The notes beneath the pieces are model-generated. The model saw only the letters and a program-made list of their open reading frames with translations. It was not told the DNA's origin and did no database searches. Position numbers and translations under genes: made by a program. Positions 55,200 to 62,059 of a stretch of 62,059 nt of DNA are shown here, piece after piece. The stretch is taken from the NCBI GenBank assembly GCA_003518055.1, contig DOZJ01000002.1, positions 378,304 to 440,362 of the forward strand. Direction: 5' to 3'. Position 1 is the first letter of the stretch. Each line of letters starts with the position of its first letter. The DNA comes from Candidatus Falkowbacteria bacterium. Its GTDB lineage: Bacteria; Patescibacteriota; Patescibacteriia; UBA11705.

Positions 55200-56249
55200 A
55201 TGAATTATAAAAAAGTACAGGCCGGATTTTTTCTTTCGTTGTTCGGCTTGGTGGTTATTTTGAGTGTGGCGGTTTTTTTGCCTTATATTTACTCGATAAT
55301 TTTTGCCTTTATTTTGGCGGTCGTATTTCATCCCGTGTACAAACTGCTGCTCAGGCTAAGCTTTTTTCAGCGGTTTCGCGGGCTGGCTTCCTTTTTGATC
55401 GTATTACTCATTTTGTTTATAATTTTATTACCGCTTATAACAATCGGCTTGGTTCTCATCAAAGAGGCTTCATCCTTGTATTCATCGCTGGTTCAAGATG
55501 AGTTTAGCTATAAACTGCTTGAGAAAATCGAAATCAGTATCAACACGCTGATGCCGCAATTCGCGTCATATGATTTGACGGCCAACTTTGACAGCTTGGC
55601 CAAGGATACCCTAAATTTTGTCATCAAAAACCTGGGCTTGATTTTTTCCAATGTATTATCAATTGTCTTCGGTTTCTTTATGACTTTATTTGCCATGTAT
55701 TATATTTTGAAGGACTCGCCCAAAATCAAAAACCAACTTATTTTGCTCAGCCCGCTGTCTGACAAGTATGACAAGCGGATCACCGCCAAGCTGATGCTGG
55801 CCGTTAATTCTGTAATTAAGGGCACTCTGCTGGTAGCCTTGATTCAGGGTGTTTTGGCTGGATTGGGCTTCTGGATTTTTGGTGTCCCGAATCCGGTTTT
55901 ACTTGGAGCGATTACCGTTATCGCCGCTTTGATTCCGGCCGTTGGAACCGCGTCGATCATGATCCCCACCATAGTTTATATTTTTGCCACTGGCCATTTT
56001 CTGCCGGCAATCGGTCTGACTGTTTGGGCATTTCTGCTTGTTGGTATGATTGATAATATACTGCGGCCGAAATTGATTGAGAAAGACATCAAGATTCATC
56101 CGTTGCTAATCTTTATCTCCGCTCTTGGCGGCTTGGCTATTTTTGGCGCGCCCGGGTTTATTATCGGGCCGCTGATTATGGCTTTACTTTATGCTATGAT
56201 TGATATTTACAAGGAGGAATTTCAAAATTATCTTCGCAATTCACGATGA
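55200..56249 (+). CDS. AI-2E family (PerM/UPF0118) transporter
   Basis: 349 aa, about 8 TM helices. The C-terminal pattern ...IDNILRPKLI...HPLLIFISALGGLAIFGAPGFIIGP is typical of the family. Confidence 0.7.
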   Translation: MNYKKVQAGFFLSLFGLVVILSVAVFLPYIYSIIFAFILAVVFHPVYKLLLRLSFFQRFRGLASFLIVLLILFIILLPLITIGLVLIKEASSLYSSLVQDEFSYKLLEKIEISINTLMPQFASYDLTANFDSLAKDTLNFVIKNLGLIFSNVLSIVFGFFMTLFAMYYILKDSPKIKNQLILLSPLSDKYDKRITAKLMLAVNSVIKGTLLVALIQGVLAGLGFWIFGVPNPVLLGAITVIAALIPAVGTASIMIPTIVYIFATGHFLPAIGLTVWAFLLVGMIDNILRPKLIEKDIKIHPLLIFISALGGLAIFGAPGFIIGPLIMALLYAMIDIYKEEFQNYLRNSR

Positions 56250-56398
56250 ATAATTTTAATTGTCATTTACAAAATGAGCAAGTATTAATCATTTTTGTCA
56301 CTAGTTGTTTTACAAAAATTCAGTAGTGAAGTTTTTGTAAAAAAATTGATAATGGTTTCAGATCAATGTTTATTTTGTAAAATATGAATTAGATTATT

Positions 56399-56878
56399 AT
56401 GAAAAAAATTTATCTCGGTTCGGACCATGCTGGATTTGAATTAAAAAAACAACTGGAAGAATATTTTGATAAAAGCGGTGTTTGGTACGAAGATCTTGGC
56501 GCTTTTGAATTGGAACCTGATGATGACTATCCTGATTTTGCGGCCAAAGTGGCGTCTCAAGTTAAAAAAAACCGGTCAATGGGAATTTTAATCTGCGGTT
56601 CATCGCTTGGTGTTTGTCTCACCGCCAACAAATTTAAAGGGGTTTACGCGGTTTCTGTTCATAATGAAGAAGAAGCCAAACTGTCGCGCGAACATAATGA
56701 CGCCAATATTTTGTGTTTATCCGGCGGCCAAACCAAAGCCAAGACCAGCCTCGGATTATCATTCAACCAAGCCAAAAAAATTGTTGCTGTCTGGCTCAAA
56801 ACCAAACCGGGGCGAGCGACTCGTCACCAGAAACGCATCCGCAAAATTAAAAAAATTGAAAACCTGAATTTAAAATGA
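56399..56878 (+). CDS. rpiB: Ribose-5-phosphate isomerase B
   Basis: MKKIYLGSDHAGFELKKQL, GILICGSSLGVCLTANK. Confidence 0.85.
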   Translation: MKKIYLGSDHAGFELKKQLEEYFDKSGVWYEDLGAFELEPDDDYPDFAAKVASQVKKNRSMGILICGSSLGVCLTANKFKGVYAVSVHNEEEAKLSREHNDANILCLSGGQTKAKTSLGLSFNQAKKIVAVWLKTKPGRATRHQKRIRKIKKIENLNLK

Positions 56879-56896
56879 TGAATAGCAAGCCCTTAT

Positions 56897-57661
56897 ATGG
56901 AAAAGCCATCGATCAATCGGATACAACAAATGGAAGTGAGTTTAAGACAAGCGAGGGCAGAACAGCTGCAGCTTTTTTTGTCCATAATGGACTCGGAGCG
57001 AGAACTCCCTGAAGAATATGCGAGCATAATAAAAAAACAAGCCCGGAGATCATTTCGCGGTTCGCCAACATACTTTGATCAGGCATGGAAAACCGTAATG
57101 AACGACCCCACGCGCAAAGAAATGGCGGATTTTATCAGAGAAAGACTTCGTGGGCGATTCTTGGTTGATCTTGGAGGTGGTTTTGGTGGTCTGGATCTGC
57201 CTGATTTTCCGGTAACGGCCTATATCAACGTTGATATATATGAAGAGGCGTTCGGAGCTGAACATAATCAACTTGTTCAAAATCCCATGCAGCCGGTAGC
57301 CCCAATTAGAACGGGAGATCATTATCCATATTTTGATAAGAATAAAAGACCGATTTTTAGCGTTTATTCTGACATGCTGACATTTCTCGCCAAGGTTAAA
57401 TCCGGCAGCATTTGCTGCGCCATGAACGGAATAGATGATCATATAATCCAGGTCCCTGAATACGGTGAATTGCTAGCGCAGGAACTGGTCCGCGTGACTG
57501 TCCCCGGAGGAGTTATTTTGGGGTATATATCAGAACCGATGAATATTTTAGACCGACAGGTTAAAGATGGACACGTTCGATTGGTAAAACATTCATTTAA
57601 TTATTCTCCGGCAGCCATGAAAGATCACGGTCATGAATTATTTGTTTTTGAGAAGCTGTAA
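56897..57661 (+). CDS. Hypothetical protein, possible class I SAM-methyltransferase fold (254 aa)
   Basis: FLVDLGGGFGG resembles motif I; otherwise unassigned. Confidence 0.5.
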   Translation: MEKPSINRIQQMEVSLRQARAEQLQLFLSIMDSERELPEEYASIIKKQARRSFRGSPTYFDQAWKTVMNDPTRKEMADFIRERLRGRFLVDLGGGFGGLDLPDFPVTAYINVDIYEEAFGAEHNQLVQNPMQPVAPIRTGDHYPYFDKNKRPIFSVYSDMLTFLAKVKSGSICCAMNGIDDHIIQVPEYGELLAQELVRVTVPGGVILGYISEPMNILDRQVKDGHVRLVKHSFNYSPAAMKDHGHELFVFEKL

Positions 57662-57662
57662 T

Positions 57663-58325
57663 ATGGTCAATATTTATCCCACGATATTGGTGAAATCAAA
57701 ACCCGCTTATATCAAACTTTTGAATCGGTATCGGAAATTTTTTAATTTGGTTCAGGTTGATGTGGCTAATGGCAGTTATGTCAAAAGCAAAAGCTATTAC
57801 TGCCGGCATACCACCGGCAAATTGAATTTAAAGACCAAATTGGATTTACATTTGATGATTGACCGGCCGCTGCGGTTCATTAAACGATGGAAAAACGTTT
57901 CAAATGTCGTTCGTTTTTATGTCCACGTGGAAACTGTAACTACCCACGCACCACAAAGGGTGCGGGGCGCAGCGGAAGCTTGGCGTGACCTGAGATTGGA
58001 ATTGAGCGGTCGGAAAATTGAATTGGCCATGGCTATTAGCCCAAAAACGTCGATTTCAGCGCTTAAACCATTTATTCATGACTTGAAAACGGTTTTAATT
58101 CTAGGGGTAATTCCGGGGCGAAATGCCGCGCCGTTTATTCCCACCACCTACAAGCGGATCAAACAAATAAAAAAGTTAAATCCCAAAATAAAAGTCGCCG
58201 TGGATGGGGGAGTCAGCCCCAAAACCGCGGCCAAACTGATTGTCGCCGGCGCCGACATCTTGTACAGCGGCAGCTACCTGAATCAAGCGGCTGATTTTAA
58301 GCAAGCGATTAAAGAATTAACATAA
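57663..58325 (+). CDS. rpe: Ribulose-phosphate 3-epimerase-like protein (divergent)
   Basis: ORF track frame 57633, starting at MVNIYPTIL (57663), 1 nt after the upstream stop. PTIL, VQVDVANGSYV (N in place of the usual metal-ligand D), HLMI, VHVE, VDGGV, GADILYSGS. Contains a G+C-rich insertion near 57940-58020. Confidence 0.6.
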   Translation: MVNIYPTILVKSKPAYIKLLNRYRKFFNLVQVDVANGSYVKSKSYYCRHTTGKLNLKTKLDLHLMIDRPLRFIKRWKNVSNVVRFYVHVETVTTHAPQRVRGAAEAWRDLRLELSGRKIELAMAISPKTSISALKPFIHDLKTVLILGVIPGRNAAPFIPTTYKRIKQIKKLNPKIKVAVDGGVSPKTAAKLIVAGADILYSGSYLNQAADFKQAIKELT

Positions 58326-58328
58326 CAT

Positions 58329-59189
58329 ATGGAACTTAACGCCAAACAAATTTTAGCCAAAGCCAAAACCGGCGGCTACGCCGTCGGTGCTTTTAATGCC
58401 GCCAACTGGGAGACGCTCAAAGCGATCTTTAACGCCGCGGAAAAACTTCATTCGCCGGCAATTATTGAAACTTCACCGGGCGAAACCGATTATCTCGGTG
58501 CGGAAAATCTGGTATGTCTGGTAGATAATTTTCGCGCGCGGACCGGGATCCCGATTCTGATCAATCTCGATCACGCTCTCGAAACCGCCAAAGTTTATCA
58601 TGCTGCCAAAGCCGGCTATGATCTGCTTCATTATGACGGTTCAAAATTAAGTTTTGAAGTGAATCTAAAACACGCCAAAGAAGTCGTGTCACGCCTGCAT
58701 CGACAAAACAAACTGGTTGAAGTGGAAATCAATCATATCACCGGCGGCAGCGAAGCCCATCGCGGCTCCATCAAATCCATGCAGAACCAAGCCGACTATA
58801 CTACACCGGATCAAGCTAAAATGTTTATGGCCGAATCCGGCGCCGACATTTTGGCTGTTTCCATTGGCAATGTCCACGGAATTTATCGTGATACCCCAAA
58901 GCTTGATATAAAACGGTTAAAACAAATCGCGGCTGGCGTCAGCTGTTTCTTTTCCCTGCACGGCGGCTCAGGCATCCCTGCCGGCCAAGTTAGGGCGGCG
59001 ATTAAACACGGTGTCGTTAAAGTTAATGTCAACACCGAGTTAAGGTTGGCGTTTCGAGACACCTTGGCCAAAGTGATAAAAACCAACAAGGAGGCGGCGG
59101 TCTACAAGTTTATGCCCGACGTCATCAGCGCTGTCCAAAAAGTAGTAGAAACCAAAATGAAAATGTGCGGTTCGGTTAATAAAAAATAG
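58329..59189 (+). CDS. fba: Class II fructose-bisphosphate aldolase
   Basis: GGYAVGAFN, INLDHA, HYDGS, VSIGNVHG, LHGGSG. Confidence 0.85.
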   Translation: MELNAKQILAKAKTGGYAVGAFNAANWETLKAIFNAAEKLHSPAIIETSPGETDYLGAENLVCLVDNFRARTGIPILINLDHALETAKVYHAAKAGYDLLHYDGSKLSFEVNLKHAKEVVSRLHRQNKLVEVEINHITGGSEAHRGSIKSMQNQADYTTPDQAKMFMAESGADILAVSIGNVHGIYRDTPKLDIKRLKQIAAGVSCFFSLHGGSGIPAGQVRAAIKHGVVKVNVNTELRLAFRDTLAKVIKTNKEAAVYKFMPDVISAVQKVVETKMKMCGSVNKK

Positions 59190-59280
59190 GTTTGTTGATT
59201 TTAATTTATACTGAACGCTTGGTTAAAAATATTGTAACCGCTAGTAATTTGGAGCGGGTGTTGATTGGGAAGTAAATAAC

Positions 59281-59802
59281 ATGAATTTAAAAGCCAAAAT
59301 CCGTGAAGTGCCTGATTGGCCGATCACGGGGGTAAATTTCAAAGATATCACCCCCTTGCTTGAGGATGGCGAAGTTTTTCGTTATGTGATTGACAAGATG
59401 ACTGAACCGTTCAAACAACAAACAATCGATAAAGTTGTCGTGATTGATGCCCGCGGTTTTTTGCTCGGGACACCGATTGCCTACAATCTTGGCTGCGGAG
59501 TCTGTTTGGTGAGGAAAAAGGGCAAATTGCCATCAAAAACAATTGAAGCTACGTATCAAAAAGAATATGGTCCGGACACGGTCGTGATGCATGAAGATAC
59601 GATCAAGCCCGGCGAAAAAGTTTTGGTTGTTGATGATCTGCTGGCCACCGGCGGCACGCTCGGTGCCGCCATTGAGCTGGTGGAGACACTGGGCGGCGAC
59701 ATTGTCGGGGTGAGTCTGGTGGTTGACTTGCCATTTCTCGGCGGCAGCGCTAAATTTAAGTCATACAACCTGCATTGGCTGGTGAGTTATGATCAAGAGT
59801 GA
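59281..59802 (+). CDS. apt: Adenine phosphoribosyltransferase
   Basis: FKDITPLL, VLVVDDLLATGGT (PRPP motif), 173 aa. Confidence 0.9.
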   Translation: MNLKAKIREVPDWPITGVNFKDITPLLEDGEVFRYVIDKMTEPFKQQTIDKVVVIDARGFLLGTPIAYNLGCGVCLVRKKGKLPSKTIEATYQKEYGPDTVVMHEDTIKPGEKVLVVDDLLATGGTLGAAIELVETLGGDIVGVSLVVDLPFLGGSAKFKSYNLHWLVSYDQE

Positions 59803-59860
59803 GTTCGTATAACCAGCAAATTAAACGTATTAAACCGGCAAAAGTTCGGATAGAAACCAG

Positions 59861-60040
59861 TTGATCTGAAATGTCGCTCCCTGCGGGTCGCTCCATTTCA
59901 GATCAACGCGCGCGCCTGCCGGACGCTATTATCCTCTGTGTCGCCCCTACGGGAGCGACACATCAGATAACAGCGCCTATCCGAAATTTCCCTCGGAACC
60001 CTACGGGATTCCTCACGAAACTTCGGATCAGGCGCGCGCG
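59861..60040 (+). mobile_element. Integron-like ORF-less cassette A, copy 1 (180 bp; attC-like site 59901-60047)
   Basis: Begins TTGATC after G59860. Inverse core GATCAAC at 59901-59907. Long stem AACGCGCGCGCCTG...CAGGCGCGCGCGTT. Ends at G60040 before TTGTAC. Confidence 0.6.
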
Positions 60041-60541
60041 TTGTACGAAATGCCAAAAAGCCTTATAATGTAGATGTTTAATAATTAACTTTTTAACCAC
60101 AAACATTATGGAAAGACATGAACCATCAGTGGAGAGTCAGGGCAATCAACCTGTACCTCCAGAGCTTAGAGAAGAAGCAATCAAAAAAATACTTGAGGAA
60201 AGTCCGAATATGGAGAACTTTAGAAAAGAGCAAATGACAGAACAAATGCGACGTAATGGGCGTTGGGGTACTTGTGTTGATTGCCCTGACGATCAAGGGC
60301 GTACATACGGAGCAAGTAGAAGCAATAAAGTAATGCCTGAAAACTGTCCTGAGACTGACAGATACGATCATTGGCTAGGAATTGACGCCCTTGATGAAAA
60401 GTAGGACGGCTTTTTCGCACATCGTACAACACTGCATAGCCGGTTCACTCACTCCGCTGTGCTTCGTTCGTTCACCCAAATTGGCACATGTTATCACTTC
60501 GTGATATTTTAACATGCGCCAACTTCGGCTATGCAGGAACG
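60041..60541 (+). mobile_element. Integron-like cassette B (501 bp) carrying a 98-aa ORF
   Basis: Begins TTGTAC. Its own inverse core GTACAAC is at 60424-60430 (the exact complement of G+TTGTAC). Ends at G60541 before TTGATC. Confidence 0.6.
60108..60404 (+). CDS. Cassette-borne hypothetical protein (98 aa)
   Basis: ORF track. Same orientation as the array. The stop lies 19 nt before the attC-like inverse core. Confidence 0.5.
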   Translation: MERHEPSVESQGNQPVPPELREEAIKKILEESPNMENFRKEQMTEQMRRNGRWGTCVDCPDDQGRTYGASRSNKVMPENCPETDRYDHWLGIDALDEK

Positions 60542-60548
60542 TTGATCT
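60424..60548 (+). repeat. attC-like recombination site of cassette B (125 bp)
   Basis: GTACAAC-A-CTGCATAGCCG ... (inner hairpin GGCACATGTTA...TAACATGCGCC) ... CGGCTATGCAG-GAAC-G|TTGATC. Confidence 0.55.
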
Positions 60549-60721
60549 GAAATGTCGCTCCCTGCGGGTCGCTCCATTTCAGATCAACGCGCGCGCCTGC
60601 CGGACGCTATTATCCTCTGTGTCGCCCCTACGGGAGCGACACATCAGATAACAGCGCCTATCCGAAATTTCCCTCGGAACCCTACGGGATTCCTCACGAA
60701 ACTTCGGATCAGGCGCGCGCG
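60542..60721 (+). mobile_element. Integron-like ORF-less cassette A, copy 2 (identical by eye to copy 1)
   Basis: The same 180 nt as 59861-60040. Ends at G60721 before TTAGGC. Confidence 0.6.
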
Positions 60722-62003
60722 TTAGGCGAAATGCATTTTTTATATTTTGGTATTTGCCGAGATACTTCCTATTGATTTAGGGCGGAAAATTTTATAAACT
60801 CAACACCATTATTTTATCAAGTCAAGTATGACCGAACGAATGAAAACAACCGAATATGCTGACGAGCGACAAAATGTTACCACCCTATTTTCTAGCGTTG
60901 GCATTGAAACGCCGCAGCAAATAACAATCCAGCAGAGCCCCGGAGAAACGTATGATCTTGAACCACGGCCAGAAGATAACTGGGTTTATGCCGCCTTGCT
61001 CGGACTCAAAGAACTCAACAGGCGGCTTGAGGTAGAGGGTCGGGCATGCAGACACTTTATTACTGTCGGCACTGGGCCCGGATTAGATGCAATCGGTGCA
61101 TATCACATTTTTCATCCTGACTTCATTCGTGTTACTGACATCAACGAACGTGCCGCCCAAATCGCACTAGGAAATCTACGCGCAAATCTTCCTAAAGATA
61201 GTCATGTCGTGTCTGCATGCAGTGCAGGCAACCTGCTTGAGGTGGACTTGAAGGATTGGGATACTCCGACACAAACGCCGCCTGTTGATGTTATTTATGC
61301 AAACTTGCCAAATATTCCGGCAAAAGATGTTGATATTAAATCGAGCAAGGCAGCAACTTATATAGACGAAAAACTGCTACAAGGCTGTCCTGAAAATTTA
61401 GATCGTTATCTTCTGGCCTTGCAGTACAAGTTTTTACAGCAAGCTCACAAAGTATTGTCTCAAGGGGGCTCTGCTGTCATTGCGCTTGGAGCAAGAGTAC
61501 CTTACTTAGCTATCCATAAGTTATTTGCTGCGGCTCATCTGCGGTTCGAAGAATTATTTGCAACTTTGAAAGTTCAAACACAACCCGAAGATGTTATTCC
61601 TGGTTATGCCAACGCTGAAAATGAACGGGCGGTAACATTTACGTTCTACGATTACGACCAAGTGCTTGCTTCTGGACTTCTAAATGCACCGATGACTGGC
61701 GAACAAATGCAACAGCAATTACAACCATATGCACTTTCAAGCCAGCAAGCACTTGTCGCTCGTCAGCAAGGAAAGCGTATCGGTCATATTGTTTCCATTC
61801 TGCGAGGAATAAAGGAATAAAATTTCCCGCCCTTTATGGTAAAGTATCTCGGCAAATGCAATTGATAATAAAAAATGCACATCGCCTAACACGCAGTATG
61901 CGACTACGCTCCTCGTACCTCGTCGCTTCGTCCATATTTGCCCGTGGTAAGCTCCCGCTGGTCGCAAATTTTACCACGGGCAAACATCGCATACTGCAGA
62001 ACG
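60722..62003 (+). mobile_element. Integron-like cassette C (1282 bp) carrying a methyltransferase gene
   Basis: Begins TTAGGC. Inverse core GCCTAAC at 61884-61890 (the complement of GTTAGGC, the classical GTTRRRY core). Ends at G62003 before TTGATC. Confidence 0.6.
60828..61820 (+). CDS. Class I SAM-dependent N-methyltransferase-like protein (330 aa)
   Basis: FITVGTGPGLDAI (motif I), VTDIN (acidic end of beta-2), VIYANLPNIP (an NPPY-like N-x-P motif of amino-methyltransferases). Confidence 0.6.
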   Translation: MTERMKTTEYADERQNVTTLFSSVGIETPQQITIQQSPGETYDLEPRPEDNWVYAALLGLKELNRRLEVEGRACRHFITVGTGPGLDAIGAYHIFHPDFIRVTDINERAAQIALGNLRANLPKDSHVVSACSAGNLLEVDLKDWDTPTQTPPVDVIYANLPNIPAKDVDIKSSKAATYIDEKLLQGCPENLDRYLLALQYKFLQQAHKVLSQGGSAVIALGARVPYLAIHKLFAAAHLRFEELFATLKVQTQPEDVIPGYANAENERAVTFTFYDYDQVLASGLLNAPMTGEQMQQQLQPYALSSQQALVARQQGKRIGHIVSILRGIKE

Positions 62004-62010
62004 TTGATCT
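61884..62010 (+). repeat. attC-like recombination site of cassette C (127 bp)
   Basis: GCCTAAC-AC-GCAGTATGCGA ... (inner hairpin ATTTGCCCGTGGTAA...TTACCACGGGCAAA) ... TCGCATACTGC-AGAAC-G|TTGATC. Same architecture as attC-B with covarying stems. Confidence 0.55.
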
Positions 62011-62059
62011 GAAATGGAGCGACCCGCAGGGAGCGACATTTCAGATCAACGCGCGCGCC
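62004..62059 (+). mobile_element. Cassette A, copy 3 (truncated by the window end) with its 20-nt core inverted
   Basis: The flanks match copies 1 and 2. Positions 62017-62036 are the exact reverse complement of 59874-59893. Confidence 0.6.

Noticed and set aside
59871-60068. 65-aa ORF inside cassette A
   Set aside because: It runs straight through nested palindromes and across the G|TT junction, and has no SD. The same sequence recurs as a repeat. It is better explained as a structured non-coding element.
59861-62059. Possibility that the three 180-bp repeats are a CRISPR array
   Set aside because: The repeats are far too long. The would-be spacers are 501 and 1282 bp and contain ORFs. There are no cas genes. 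The junction logic fits cassettes instead.

Overview
The backbone looks like a small-genome, AT-leaning bacterium. The gene content is consistent with Patescibacteria/CPR (inference, not verified): a CxxC-x17-CxxC protein, many orphan membrane proteins, an rpiB/rpe/fba/apt block, and tRNAs with encoded CCA. Recognisable housekeeping genes are cysS, truB, hisS, rpmG, a malic enzyme, rpiB, an rpe-like gene, fba, apt, and tRNA-Asn, -His, -Thr and -Trp. The window probably starts inside rnpB. A 9-kb envelope-glycosylation cluster (PAP2, GT-C-like, epimerase, GT2 and GT4 genes) spans 42.2-51.3 kb. I saw no rRNA, CRISPR array, transposase or integrase.

The accessory content is what stands out:
1. 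59.86-62.06 kb is an integron-type cassette array (A-B-A-C-A). The G|TT junctions and inverse-core boxes obey the cassette circular-permutation rule. A 180-bp ORF-less structured cassette occurs three times, and one copy has its 20-bp core inverted. No integrase is in view.
2. 1.4-8.1 kb is a G+C-shifted island bracketed by related AT-rich palindromes. It encodes a tight operon of a pseudokinase-like protein, a vWA protein, a divergent adenylosuccinate-synthetase-like enzyme and a very G+C-rich SAM-like-domain protein, plus a divergent IMPase-like gene. I know of no described system with this gene set.
3. The tRNA-Trp locus has an intact gene plus two fragments. Each fragment carries a 28-nt insertion (a 26-nt palindrome plus CC) in the anticodon, and a GIY-YIG nuclease ORF lies between the first fragment and the intact gene.
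4. An XpaC/TelA pair is transcribed divergently from two odd Tyr-rich proteins.
5. Several genes switch to high G+C exactly at gene boundaries.
6. There are several candidate regulatory RNAs and leader regions.

All functional calls rest on by-eye motif recognition. No searches were run.
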